Assembly: GCF_036321535.1 (NCBI RefSeq)
Contig: NC_087436.1
Coordinates: 57,476,001 to 57,540,000, forward strand
DNA length: 64,000 bases
Direction of reading: 5' to 3'
Source: Camelus dromedarius
Taxonomy: Eukaryota
Shown: positions 12,865-26,309 of the stretch, one piece after another
How positions within the stretch are numbered: position 1 is the stretch's first letter
How the letters are laid out: each line of letters opens with the position of its first letter
Position numbers and translations under genes: made by a program
Notes under the pieces: generated by a model
Told to the model about the DNA's origin: nothing
Seen by the model: only the letters and a program-made list of their open reading frames with translations
Databases searched by the model: none

Positions 12865-13557
12865 TCCTTTATCAAATCACCATTTATTAACAATCTATTG
12901 TGAGGCAGGCACTGTTCTAGGTTCTGGGTATATAGCCATGAATAAAACAGAAAATAATAATCCCTGCATACTTTGGGAAGGATATAGGTAAACAAATGCA
13001 CATGTAATATTTATACGACGTCAGATGGTGGTAGTGCCATGGAGAACAACAAAGCAGAGACAGGCGCTGGGGAATAGTAGGGTTGGGAGGGACAGGCTTG
13101 CAATTTTAAGTAGGTTGGTCAGTGATGGCCTCAATGGGTAGGTGACGTTTTAGCAAAGACCTAAAAGAGATGAGGGAATAAGTCATTTAGACAGCTGGGC
13201 AAAGAACAAGAGCAGCTTTTTTGGCAGAGGAAAAGTAAGTGCAGAGGTATTGAAGCAGGAAACTGCCTGGAGTGTTCCTTAAACAGCAAGGAAGCCAGGG
13301 CGGCCAGAGCAGAATGAGCAAGGGGGAGAGTGGAAGAAGCTGAGGCCAGAGGCCACAGACACAAAATGGGGATTCATACGCTGTAGGACCACTGAGATAA
13401 ATTTATTTTTGATTATGAGAGGGCAAAGTCACTGGAGAACGAACAGAGCTGAGCTGTGATCATGCTTCAGTTTTACAAGATCTCTCGCTGTTTTGTTGAG
13501 GAGAGGCTGTAAGGGAGCAAGAGTGGAAGCGGGGTTGCTGCCGTTTGAGACTGACTA
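12865..13557 (-). mobile_element. L2 (L2a-like) fragment
   Basis: catttattaacaatctattgtgaggcaggcactgttctagg...aaacagcaaggaagccagggcggccagagcagaatgagcaagggggagagt. Confidence 0.8.
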
Positions 13558-13559
13558 TA

Positions 13560-14210
13560 CAGTTGGTTCTCATTATACACAGTAGTGATGGTCCATAATG
13601 TTGCCACATACGCTGAATTAACGAATACGGGACCACTGCTCCTAGGGGAAATACAGGGGTAGGATCCTGTGAGCCTCTGGTCACAACATTTTCATCAACA
13701 GATCAATACATAACCTTGTTTTAGGATTATTTCTGTCTAAAGACATTTTATTTAATATGTACTGTTTGAGTCACTAACTTTGAACTCACTGCCAACATCA
13801 CTGTAACTTAAGCCTGAATGAAGCTTACCTAGCACACTTATTTTCTCTCTGACACATGCCATAGCCTTCTTGTACTTAGGAATCCTAGGCCCGGAATCCT
13901 ACTTCAGCACGATTCAGGGCCATTTTACATAGCAAAATCACCAAAAAAAAAAAAAGTGCACAAAAATACAAAGAACATGACACTTGGCAGACTACAGAAA
14001 AGACACTTGCTTCTGTATGAGAGAGAAAACAAGATGGCGGTGAGTCCCCCTGTTGACCTTAGCTGGGAACTTGAGTGTCAGGCAACTCACTCTGCCCATG
14101 TCTGCTTATGACTGTGAAAGTGTGGCAAGTATTGATTTTAGGGATACACATTAATTTCAGTAAGTAAGTGAATTCTCAGGTACAAAAAAGTGAATAATGA
14201 GGTTCTACTG
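13560..14210 (-). mobile_element. MER82 (TcMar-Tigger), essentially full length
   Basis: Terminal inverted repeats cagttggttctcattat / gaataatgaggttctactg, TA on the left; internal ctcctaggggaaatacagg and gagcctctggtcacaacattttcatcaac match the recalled consensus. Confidence 0.85.
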
Positions 14211-14234
14211 CAGTATTTTGTTGAGGGGCAATTT

Positions 14235-14671
14235 TTCATTTTGTTTATACATGTCTTGTGACATCTTTTGTCCTGGACTCTTTTCAAGAATATTTGTCTA
14301 GCAAACAGCCTGGGGAGATAAAGGCAGATTTTTTTTTTTTTTTCCCTGACTAGACAATAGAAATAATGTCTCCCTCTTGGGCAAAGTTTAGGCAGGCTTC
14401 CTAGCAGTCCCCAAGTAAGACTGGATGTTTCTAAACCCACTGTGTGAGCAGGCTCCCTCTGGACCTGCTTCTGCCTTATCTCCATAGGACCTGGGGGCAA
14501 GGAAAACCTGAAAACATGAAGCTCATGTCGGTCACTCTGCCATGAGTAGTAAAGTTCTTCATTTATGATCCAGGAGTCTTGTGTCTTCCGCCAGCATCAA
14601 TGAAACTGTGGCAGGGCAAACTTGGTACTTGCAAATAGGATAAAATCTCAGACATTTCCTAATTCTTGACA
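14235..14671 (+). mobile_element. MER89/MER90-like ERV1 solo LTR
   Basis: 3' end ccaggagtcttgtgtcttccgccagcatcaatgaaactgtggcagg...taaaatctcagac...ttcttgaca; the 5' boundary is uncertain. Confidence 0.7.
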
Positions 14672-16209
14672 TATAATTTAAAAATTTGATTCTTAAAGTT
14701 GTTTGCTTACGAGTTGAGGGGCAGATGCATGTCTACTGCCCATTCAATAGATAGTATTTCTCCCATTCTTAATAGGAGCTTCAACTAAAATAATAAATGA
14801 TTTAGTCCACAGTAATTTCTAATGCACAAATATCTACCTGAATTAAATAGTGCCTCTTTTATTTTTCTTTCACTACAAAATTATAGAGAATGTTCTTTTT
14901 TTTTCTGACTGCAAGCACTGTCTTGTAATACAAAACTTATTTCGGTGACTACCTGTGTCTCTTGGCAAGTCAAAATAACACCACTTAAATGTGGTTTCAC
15001 TTGAAGAAAAAATGGTATAACTTGAGAAATAACCATAATTTTACATATATAGGAGCTATTTTGACTGAGATAGCATTCTAACTGACATTAAAACACTGAG
15101 TAAATGTAGTTAGGAATATAGGATACCCCTGCTTTTCACATGAGACTACTCTTTGTTAGAAATAATTCATATGGATAATGTTCTAAAATTCAACTCTAAT
15201 TATTCCAGAGCCCCCCCCCCTTTTTTTTTTCACAAAGCCCTCCAACTCTGGATCATAAAAAAGAATCACGGATAGTGCTTTATTTTTGACACTATTATCA
15301 TAATAATGCTGGTATTGTAAATGTAAAATAATGAATCATATATTAAAGCTACTTTTTAGTAAATCAGAGATTCTATTATGAAAAGGGGCCATTATAGCCT
15401 TCCTTTAAAATCATTTAGTACAAAAGGGTCAAATCTCTTATCTTGATAAGGTTTTCAACTTATCAAGAACTAGTTTCTGCATCCTCAGTACTGAGCCCTC
15501 TTAACAGTGAAGTCTAATTTAAAATTTAACAGAGATTGAGAAAGGAATGGAAATTCCCACCGATGACCCAGCTAGGTTTGGGTCTGCACTCTGCCTATAA
15601 ATCTTCATTTTATCTCCTCTTCCTGATGTCTTATTCTAGACTGCCAGTCATCTAGTGCAAAGAAATTTACGGCAAAATGTAAAATCTAAAAAGCCTAAAA
15701 CGTGTAATATAACCTTCCATTCATCACCCCTTTTGTAAGGCATGACATCTATCAAATTAACATTTTCTTTTTAATTTCAGAGCCTTCTTTTTGACAAATT
15801 GAACTTCAGTGTGTATAATATTTTTTAATTAAGTAGGATATGATGCCCATATCCCCTAAATATACAGAAAAGATTACTAGTGATTTGTGCATAGGTAATC
15901 TGTTTTTTTCAGCCTATACCCACAAGGGAAGAAGGTGTGATGACAGTTTTGAATACAAGCAGTAGTAATCTGGCTCATCCCCACCCGTAAGTGTGGGACC
16001 TCCAGCCTCTTTAAGTTTTCCTTTCAATTAGTTTTGGGAATCATCTGTGAAAGTTTTACGTGGACTCCTGTAGTTTCAGCAGCCATGTGGCCCTTTCCCT
16101 CCAATTCTCCAGTTCTTGCCTTTTTTTTTTTTTTTCCCACCTGATCCTAAGACTTTCGGACCTAAAAGTCTCATAAATGTGCCTCCTTCACGCAGCCATT
16201 GCTGCCACT

Positions 16210-16230
16210 GCTGCTGTCCAGGTTGCTGTG
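16210..16230 (-). promoter_or_regulatory. Candidate RE1/NRSE (REST) site
   Basis: cacagcaacctggacagcagc against TTCAGCACCnnGGACAGCGCC, canonical 2-nt spacer. Motif match only. Confidence 0.3.
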
Positions 16231-16569
16231 CTGGACTGTCGGCTGCGAGGGCTGCTACTGCCCCTGGGTGGGCACTGCATTATGCCTGTTTGTGCCCCTG
16301 TTTCAGCGAGTGCTCCAGTACCTTGGGGTCTCCATGGAAATGTGGAGAACACCTTATCCATTGTGTCATTCTCTGCTAACTGGCCAAAAAGCTTTGTTAA
16401 CGTGTGGTCTCGAGTTCCTGCACAAATTTAGGTAAAAATAGTTTTTAGTTGCTTTGTTCAGTTTCTCTATTTGAAAAAGTTCACTGGAGACTGAGCATGA
16501 TGAAATACTAAAATTGTTCTTGCCGCCTGACAATGAAGACATTGCTCTTGGGCTGAGACTCTGCATCCC

Positions 16570-17400
16570 TTATGAGTAATTCTTTCCCTGGAGGCAACTA
16601 AATGATTCTGGTCACCAATTCTGATGTAGGGTGTGGGATTTTCCCATATCACAAGCAATTCTCAGACACCATCTGGGTGTTGTATATTTCAACTCAGATT
16701 TTACACTACCTACCTGGAGACAGCATCAGATTCCTCAGGTTAAGGGCTCAGTCTCACAAGACTCCCCCCACCACCCCGCCCCCGCCCCACCACTTCAGAT
16801 GCCAATCACAAGTCCAGACTGTGCTTCTGACCTATGGCTATAGACTGGAGGTTCCAATAACCACCCCCCACCCCCCAACCTCTTTGAGTTTGATTAATTC
16901 GCTAGAGTGGCTCACAGAACTTAGAGAAATGGTTTCACTCCTGGATCACTGGTTTATTACAAAAGGATGTAACTCAGGAACAGCCAGATGGAAGAGGTGC
17001 ATAAGACAAGATACGGGGAAAGGGCACAGAGATTCCATGTCCTCTCCTGCGCGTCACTCTCCCCAAATATGCACATGTTCACCAATCTGGAAGTCCTGCC
17101 CTTTTGAGTTTTTAAGAAGGCTTCATTACATAGGTATGATTGATTAAATCATTGGCCACTGGTGATTCATCCAACTTCCAGCTTCTCTACCCTCCCCAGA
17201 CAGAAGGGGGATGGGACTGAAACTTTCAACCCTCCAAAAAAGGTTGGCTTTCCTGGCAATCACCCCACATTCATAGGAGCAGCTGAAAAGTCACCTCATT
17301 AACACAATAAAAGACAGTTTCTGTTGCTCTCATCAAAAGTTTTAGGAGCTCTGTGCCAGACAAACACCAAATATATTTCTCAGTATAAATCACAATAGTA
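16570..17400 (-). mobile_element. MER21-like solo LTR
   Basis: acctggagacagcatcagattcctcaggttaagggctcagtctcacaagact...ttgattaattcgctagagtggctcacagaact...tataaatcacaata. Accounts for the 181-aa ORF at 16602-17147. Confidence 0.85.
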
Positions 17401-17421
17401 ACTTGGAATCTGAATGCAATA

Positions 17422-17924
17422 CAGATCTTTCTTGACTTATGATGGAGTCATATCCTGGTAAACCAATCTTAAGTTGAAAATATTTTAAGTCAAAAAGGCA
17501 TTTAATACACTTAACCTCCCAAACATCATAGCTTAGCCTAACCCCCCTTAAATGTGCTCAGAACACCTACATTTGCCTATGGTGGGGCAAAATCATCTAA
17601 CACAAAGCCTATTTTATATCAGAGTATTGAGTATCTCATGTAGTTTATTGAACACTGTCCTGAAAGTGAAAACCAGAGTGCTTGTCTGGGTTCAGAACAG
17701 CTGTTAAGTATGTTGGTGGTCTACCCCCTTGTCCCATGGCTGACTGGAGCTGTGACTCGCTGCCCCTGCCCAGCATCATGAGAGAATACAGTACTGCATA
17801 TTGCTAGCCCAGGATGAGTGCAAAATTCCAAATTCCAAGTATGGTTTCTACTGAAAGTGTACCATTTGCACCACCTTAAAGTTGAAAAACTGCTGAGCTG
17901 AACCATGGTGATGGGGATCATTTG
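17422..17924 (+). mobile_element. MER47/Tigger5-family DNA transposon
   Basis: TA|cagatctttcttgacttatgatgg ... ggggatcatttg|TA; internal aacatcatagcttagccta and ggcaaaatcatctaacacaaagcctattttat. Confidence 0.85.
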
Positions 17925-17964
17925 TATAGTCTTGATGGCCCATTTCACTGGCTTTCCAGACTAC

Positions 17965-18190
17965 TAGTAGGGTCTCGTGGTTAAGAGCACTGACTCTGGA
18001 GCCAGACTGTGGAGGTTTAAACAACAGTTCCATCACTTGCTGATTCTATGATCTTGGGCAAGTCACTTAACCTCCAGTTAATCTCCAGTTCTTTCATCTG
18101 TAGCATGGGGTAGTTAGGAGGACAAAAATAGTCATATACGTAAAGCTCTGTGAATGCCTAGCTATAGGGTGCCCTATATAGGCTTTGCTA
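17965..18190 (+). mobile_element. MIR SINE
   Basis: gtggttaagagcactgactctggagccagact...tgatcttgggcaagtcacttaacctc. Confidence 0.85.
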
Positions 18191-21100
18191 TTACAGTTAC
18201 TCAAGCGGTATTATTTCAATGCTAAATAGCACCACTTTAGTAACTACTGAAGTTCCTACAACTTTATTCCAGTGCCTATTGACTACACTACAGATTTGTC
18301 TAATTTATCTCCTTCTCCACCTTTGAAACCTTTGATTAACCATAGCGTGCTGTCATCATATCTCAATTACCTTTCTCAATGAAGGTGTTGGAATCAGTCC
18401 CATAGGTTAGTCTAAAATACTGGGTTTCTCATGCTCTAAGAGTTATCAAATATCATATTAGGATATTACCCTGAGATACAAGTGGTAAACATATAGTCTT
18501 TTTTTCTGCTCCTGAAATTCCTATCACCACCAGAAGAAGGTAAGAGCAATAACCTTTTGGTGTAGTATCCCAGTGGAAGTAGAAATGAATAGTCCATTTC
18601 AGCTCAATACTCATTCCGAAACGATCCAGGTCACTGACTCGGTACAAATGAAGTTCCTCTCTGCTTCAACTCAATTACTAATGAACATCCTGATTGCCCT
18701 CAAAAGTAAATTGGCAGTTGTATTAGGTTCTACAAGAAATTTGTACCTTAGGCAATCCAACTATAGATTTCCGCCCTCAGTGTAGCTTCCAGATAGTTCC
18801 CCAAGGAGACACTTAAGTAGAACACTCTGAATAAGAACACTATCACAGTAAAGAAACAAATAAGAACCAATGCTCTGAATATGAGTTCTCTGAAGTCTGG
18901 GGCAGAGGTGATTGGAAATAGAGATCAGATTTTTTTCCCCCTAAATTTGTGCTTGACCCTTTGAGTAGATGGTTGAATCAAAGAGTGTGTCATATTTATA
19001 CTTTTATTTATTTTTTTCATCCAGGAAAGACACTATGGTAGAAGGCATCTCTGTCCTACCAAATCTAATACTGCCATGACAGAATATTGATAGTAGAGAA
19101 AATTTTTATGGTTTGGTGGGAAACGTTTCATCCATAACAGTGGTTCAAAGTCATTTGGTTGATCTACAGTTTAACATCGGCATTCACTCAATATCTGTAA
19201 CACACATACTATGTCCTAAGTATTATATAAGATACACAATATTCTAAACACATTAAAGTATTATTATAATTACTATAAAGATAAAATGAGTTTCTACTAA
19301 GATACAAACAAGAAAGAAGAAGCGGCACAGAATTGTAAGGAAATAGTATATGAAAGGGGACAAAAATATGACTAAAATATCACCTGAAGATAGGGCTAGC
19401 TAAAGAAGAATTTCTTATTTTTAAATAGGTGCCATTGTTATCAGTGTACACCCTGCTAGGCAGAGTTACTCAGATGCCAGACTTCTGTACATACCACAAT
19501 CCCAAAGAGTACCAGTGACAATGTACTGAAACCTTTCTCCTGCTGGGGCAGTAAAACATCTGTGAGAAAAAACACACCTTCAAAATGACCTGAAAAAGAA
19601 CTGATCGTATGAACTTTTCTGAAGCACTGGTTAGCAGAAAAAGGTTTAAAAAACTTGAACATTTATGTGATATTTCATTGAAATGACAGCTAGAATTAAT
19701 TGCCTCTCCTTTTCACAGCTATCCTTTTTAGTACGGTAATTATAAATCAAATATGTGGAGGGAAATGCATGACTGGGAGTGCGGAATGTAGTGTGCAGTG
19801 TGTGTATGTGTGTGTGTGAAGGAGGGTGTATGAGTTTGTGCAAACTGTGATGTGTGTATGCAGATGAGGAATTTAATTTTGTGATGAGCAAATCTGCTAA
19901 AATTCTCACTTCTATTTATTGGTGATTTATCTTAAAATTTCCACTGTGTAATCTCTGTATATACTTTGTTTTATTAGATAAAAGCACTTGCATGTTGATG
20001 AACAGACTAAATTAATTTTATTTATAACTTAGACATAATCACTTGCAGCAGTTCCAAGCTGACATAATGATTTTTCAAAAATAGTAATTGGGTTAATCAA
20101 TACAAATAAATTACATAATACATCTTAGGGGTTTTTCTAGTCCCCCAATCGTCACACTTTATGGTACTTGTTATTTTTGATGTCTCCATACACTGTGGAA
20201 TATAATTAAGATTGAAAATATTTAGTAATTAATGGAAAATGAATTTAAATTTTTTGCACATAAACAGAATATATTTATCCTTCCTAACACATTAATTAGG
20301 AAGAGAAACACTTCACTAGAATGACTACTGACTGCAATAAACCTTTTCTTCCTCTGAGAGGAATAACTGACATTTAGAAACAACAATCTTTATTATTATA
20401 AAGTAAAATAGATATTTTAACAAAATTGATAATACTTTAAATTTGCTTGGATACAGTGACGATATGTATTTAAAATATTTTTAAGATATATTCTGCATAC
20501 CTCCTGAGTCATCATGATTTTTTATTTAAAAATCTCAAGACTCATTTTTAATATTCTCAGGGCATTCTTTTAATAGAAAATATATTTATGAGTATTAAAT
20601 TTATGCTAATAAACATATTTCTCAAATAAAAAAAATTCTGAATTCCAGCAGTGTATATTTCACCATAATGATTTTTCTGCCTATAAATACAGAGTTATGC
20701 TAATAGTCAGATGGTCTGTGAAGAATCAATAAATACCAAAAAACTATTAATATTTGTAAGGAGTTTATAACAATGAATAGATCAGATGATGAGGGACTTA
20801 GAATAATTTAAGCTGCCTAAAATTGTTCAAATATGATTTCATTATAAGGATTCTAGCAGAATTAAAATAGCAATCCTTCATTTCAGGGATTTAAATAACA
20901 TTCAAATTGTACATAATTTCTTTAGAAGAAATTAGATCTTATTTCTGGAATAAGCAAATATATGACCTAGATCTTTTGGCTTTTTGGGGGGAGTTATAAT
21001 TTCTTTTAAATTTGAGTTTCCAAATTGTGGGTCTGTTAGGTGGTGGTTTTCTACATATACCATAATTTTTTGAATATTACTTTAGAAAAATACACTAAGG

Positions 21101-23369
21101 AATATATGCACTGAGGTAAGTTCATAAAGCTACATAAATGTCCCGTTTATAAACAATACAGCTTGGCTTTTTCTGTTTTTCTCATGTGTGGCATTAATGA
21201 AAATGCTTCTGATTTCCATGTTTTATTAATTTACTTTTGAAAAGAGCTTTGGTATACTAACTGCTGTGGCTTATTTAATCACTTTATGCTTTATGCAAGT
21301 CTTGAAATTGAAGGAATTTCTAAGGAAGTCCACCTCTAGATCCTGGTGTTCTTTGATTCTAAAATCAGTTTCCATGGCACTTCTTCAGTGTGCAGTTCTG
21401 AAGGATGGTTAGAGACCAAATTGAAGGAAAGCGCAGGCAGACGACACAGATCTTCTGCTGGGTAACATGCTCAGTGGTCGACCAAGAATAAGAAAGGAGT
21501 AATGTGTCTGGGGTTTTGGTTAGATCCTTAGAGCTTTCATTAAATTTTTTTTGGTCAAGGTGTATGTTTCTATTATGTTCTTTGTTATTTCAGTACTGGA
21601 TTTCATGCCAAAACTCAATGACAGTTTCCACAGAGCCTATCTGAATCCCAGATTACTGAAAAGAAGTATGTAATACGCACTTATTTGCCAACACCGGGAT
21701 GGTGAAATTTTCAACCAGTTCCTTATCTTCAAAAAACGTATTACATTTTTCTTCATGGGTTTTTGAACTCTATATGCCTATTTTATAATCCTATATTTTG
21801 CTGGCCATTTAAAGCATCCATTTATATGCATTTATTCTATTTTTACTCTCTTGTATCTATTGTTTTATCAGGCAGTTTCAATATTCTGGTACTACATATG
21901 CTTTCCCCTTACTCAGGCACTGTAGTCTGTAATAATAGCAATCAAGGCAGTTCATTCTGACAAATGTGTGTCAGAAAAAGCCTGCTGTGACTTTGAAATA
22001 TTGAAAGTGACTGATAACATAATGTGTGAAGCAGAATAAATGCATACAAATGGAAGTTTTAGCTGAGCAGTCAAAGAATGAACTAAATAGTGTCAGAACT
22101 CGGGCCTGAAAGCTCTGGGTGCCAGTGGTTACAATGGCAAATTACTAAATGCACTTTGCAAAGTGTTTTATGAATAAAGCAGGGGCCAGAGCATTATCAT
22201 TTCTCTCTGTGCTCAGGCTTCTGCAGGAAGCACAATAAAGTGATGTTCCCTTAAAAACCTTCTGGTTTGGGAAGCCACATGGTGTTTAAGAGGAAGATAA
22301 AGGCCCTGAAGGACCAGTTGGGAAATATGATAAAAGAGAGGACGTGGTCACTGAATGGAGAACGTGAAAATGTTGGCTACTGGACAGACAGACACGTGTG
22401 CTACAATACATCCACTTATTGAGAAACATGGGAAATAAAAGAAAAGGCCTGGATTGGCAATTTGCTAAAGCCTGTCCTTATTTTTAAAAGCTTACTGATA
22501 TTTAAAGTGGAGTCCTCTGAAGAAAGGCTATTAAAGATAAATCCTTTTAATATTTGAACATCGCATAGATGGCAAATAAAGTTTTCACGTGTGAGACTCT
22601 CCGACTTTACATATTTCTTGCTAACTCCTGTTTAGCCTCGTGTGGAGCTTCTAATAAAATCGGACACGTTGACTTCACAGAGGTTCCAGCAGGGACTGGA
22701 ATCTCACCCAAGGGATGAGCCACATCCTTTTGCACTAGAGAGAGCTTGACTAAGGAGTCACGTAATGGGGTAAAAAAACCCCCAAACCTAAAGCCTCCCT
22801 CTCTTTTCCTCCATTTCCCTTCCTTCCTCCTCTCTCTCCCTCCCCTACTTCTCTCTCCGAGCTAACTATATTTAGAAGGTAGTTTATTCCTCCTCAGGGA
22901 TGTCAAGGCTAGAGGTACACATTAAGAGGGTTTGTGAGTATTCTGTCAGCAAATTTCACACATACAAAACAGAACACTTCTGGACAGTGTTATAAATATA
23001 GGTATTACAGCCTATGCCTCAATCCCTGTTCTTTTTAGAAGTGTGAACGAATTTAGTGTTCTCAGATCTCAGAGTTCAAGAGTCCAAGCCTGAGACACAC
23101 TCGTGTTGGCAGATGCCTTAGGAGATGTTGCCAAATATATTAACTAATGAAAATGGAATTTGCCTTCTCTGCCAGGATAAATGTGGCTGCTCTGAGAAGA
23201 CTAACCACCGGGGTGGAAATGCGATGGTGTGGGGAGGCTCAGAGATCGTTGTAACACCTTTGTCCTCATCCTTTGTCCTACAGCTGTTTTTGTTTGTTTG
23301 TTTGTTTCCACATTGTTTTTTCATTGTCTCAAGATGACTTTACCCACCTCCATTTCAATGTTTTTTAGG

Positions 23370-24360
23370 TTGCTATCATCTCTCGTTTGGATTATTGCAA
23401 TAAATTTCAGCTTGGTCTCCCAGCTGCTAGAGTCCTGCTTCCAGACAATCAATAATTAACACTGCAGGTGGAGTAAATTTTATAAAATGTAAGCTATTTA
23501 ATCTCACGTAAAAATATCTCTGATGGCATCCTGTCAACCTCAGATCAAGTCTGAACTCTTCGACCGGGCATCTCGGGCCCCTGCGAAGGAGGTGAGATTT
23601 CCTCCAGTGAAGCCCTGCGTACCTCCCTGGGCTCATCTGCTGCCACAGCTCACTCATACTCATTCCCCGGTGCTTCCTCCTCCTGCTCCTTCTGTTGTAG
23701 CGCGTGCTTCACTTCAGCAGCTGTGCTAATCTGCTGGGGCTGCCGTGACAAAGTAGCTTAAGCCACAGTAATTCATTTTCTTCTAGTTCTGAAGGCTAGA
23801 AGTCCTAGATCAGGGAGTCGGCAGGGCTGACTTCCTTTGAGGCCTCTCTCCTTGGCTTGTAGATGGCTTCCCTACTGTACCTTCATATGATCTTTCCTGT
23901 ATGTATTTGCAGCCTATCCTCCTCTCCTTAGAAGGACATCAGTCAGATTGGATTGCGCTTGCCCTAGTGACTTCACTTACCTTAACTACCTCTTTAAAGG
24001 CCCTATATCCAAATGCAGTCACATCCTGAGGTCCTGGGGATTAGAACTGCAGCACAGGAATTCTGGGAATACACAATTCAGTCCATAATATCAACTGACA
24101 TCAATTGCTCTTTAAATTGTTCAGCATCAGTTTCACTGGGAAGCCTTCCTGATACTTTTCACCAGAGTCCTTTATCTACTGCTTGTGTTCCCAGAACACA
24201 AATCACACTGAACAGAAAATATTCCATCCACTTGTTTACCTTTCCTCCTAGACAGTAAGCAGCTTGGAGGCTGGGACTGTGTGTGGTTCACAGCTGCAAA
24301 CCACTGCCCGAGAGAGTGTCTGGCACACAGCAGGTGGTTAATAAATACTTGTTGAATGGG
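23370..24360 (+). mobile_element. L2 fragment interrupted by an MLT1 LTR
   Basis: tcatctctcgtttggattattgcaata before the LTR; gtgtctggcacacagcaggtggttaataaatacttgttgaat after it. Confidence 0.7.
23722..24090 (-). mobile_element. MLT1A/B-like MaLR solo LTR
   Basis: gttctgaaggctagaagtcc...gaggcctctctccttggcttgtagatggc...cagtcacatcctgaggt...cacaattcagtccataata. Confidence 0.85.
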
Positions 24361-26309
24361 ACAAAGCACTGCTAGTTTCTGTTTTTTCCTTCTCTTTTCA
24401 GATCAATTTACTTAACCTTGGAACATATTAGGCACACTACATATGGCTGACTCCACAGACTTCAGTATGGATTCTCCTTTTAGGTTAACTTTAAAATTCT
24501 TACTGCATTTTAAAACTTATTTTTCATGTTAGCCCTGTAGTATGACCATATCAAAACAGGCATGCAAATGGGGATATTGAGGTAATTTTCAAGATCCCCC
24601 CTCGCATGTTCTGCCTGATAGCAGCTGCATGGATTTCCAAAGTGTAAAAATACAGAAGAAATGAAAGCATTTGAATTTAAAACCATCTTGACCAGGTGTT
24701 TCATTGTGGAGCCTCTCTGCTGTATTCAGCATAAGCTCCACCAAGAGACCTCAGCCTTTTGGAACTCTTCCTGTGCAATTCCACAGTTCTGAATTTTAAG
24801 TCCCATGTTATCAAAAGAATGACTCCCTTGTGCTGCCTGCAGACCTGGTGATGCACACAAGGTCATTTTTGGTGGAGAAGAAAAGGAACATTCTAACCAG
24901 TGGGAACACATCAATTGGTTGTCTCCTGTCAAGAGTTAAGATGGATTTTCATCGTTGGCAAAGGATGTGAGAAACTCTGAAGGTGGGATGTAATGGCCCA
25001 TTATTTAAATCTTTCCTGAAGGGATTTCTCTACCATCTTTTGTGAGATTATTCAGAATCTGTATCCTAGAGGTAGCCAGTTTTTCAGAGAAATGATTTTA
25101 CAGACAGTGGTTACAATGGCTATTGGAGACCTCAGATGGTCACCTTCATATCCGAATAAGACAGAGTCTGATGATTTTGTATTCAATAGGCTGGCTCCAC
25201 AAGTCTTTGTTTCAGAACGGACTTTTTTTTTTTGGCAGTATGTATATGAAAGGTTTCAAGGAACAACTCCTTTTAAAGATTTGTTTGTTACCCTTTTTAT
25301 TTTAATCAGTGATAACACAGAAAAGCTTTGCTTGAAGATTTTTTAAAAGCTTCTCTTTGAACAGGCTACTTTTCTCTTTTTTTTTTTTCATTTTTCAACA
25401 TGTTCTGAAGGTCAAAAAGTTCTCAGATTTAAAGTAGGACATAGAATTCTGCATAAAACATCCCAAAGGACTTTTTTTTTTTTTTTTTTTTTTAATGTAA
25501 GGAATGTGAAAGGAGAGTCAGCAGCAGCTGCTTAGAAACTTAGTACTGAGGCTTTAAAGCACCGAGTTGCTTAAAAGAGGAAGCAAGACCGAGGGTCTTG
25601 TACAGCAAGTTGCTTACACATTTTATTATGTTTTTTGGTCCTTTCCCCTACCTTCGATCCTCCACAGTAATTTAGAGTAAGGGATATGCAATTCCAAGAC
25701 TTTTTAGACTTCAGAAAAAAAATACTTGGGCGATTTGACCAAGGTTGTTCAATTTTTATTTTAAGTAAAGACATTTTAAAAAGCTGAGCTCATTTCCTAA
25801 GTGATAGGCTATTTAATTCTCCAAATGTAAGCAGGATATCATGTCAGAACAAGACAGATTTTTAAACTGAATGCATGGAGTTAACATCTGACTACACTGT
25901 CTCCCCTTTGGCCTCAATTTACACTGGACCAGTGAACATCTCTTTAGAGCTGGTATCTGTGGAAAAGCCCTGGAAGTTGACAAAAGTGACTGGATTTCAC
26001 CTTAGGAGGAGGTCATTTAAACTGAGTCGGGAAGTTGAGGAGTTAGCCAGAGAAAATGTGAGTGCGGGAATGAAGGCCCTGGGGCAGAAGAAGGTACCAG
26101 GAACAGGCCAGGGCCTCAGGATGCAGTTAGTGGGGAACAGAGTGGTACCGGAGAGAGAGGTCAGGGGAAGCTAGACAGGAAGGACCTTACAGGACCCTTT
26201 CTATCACTTCTGTTTTTCTTTCTGCCTTCATTGTGCCTGATTCAAAGCTTGGATACATACTTTGCCTTCAGACATCTTAAAGTTTTGGCGCTAGACTAGG
26301 ATTTTAGGG

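Noticed and set aside
16602..17147. Longest ORF in the track (181 aa)
   Set aside because: Lies within a MER21-like LTR; no recognisable protein similarity.
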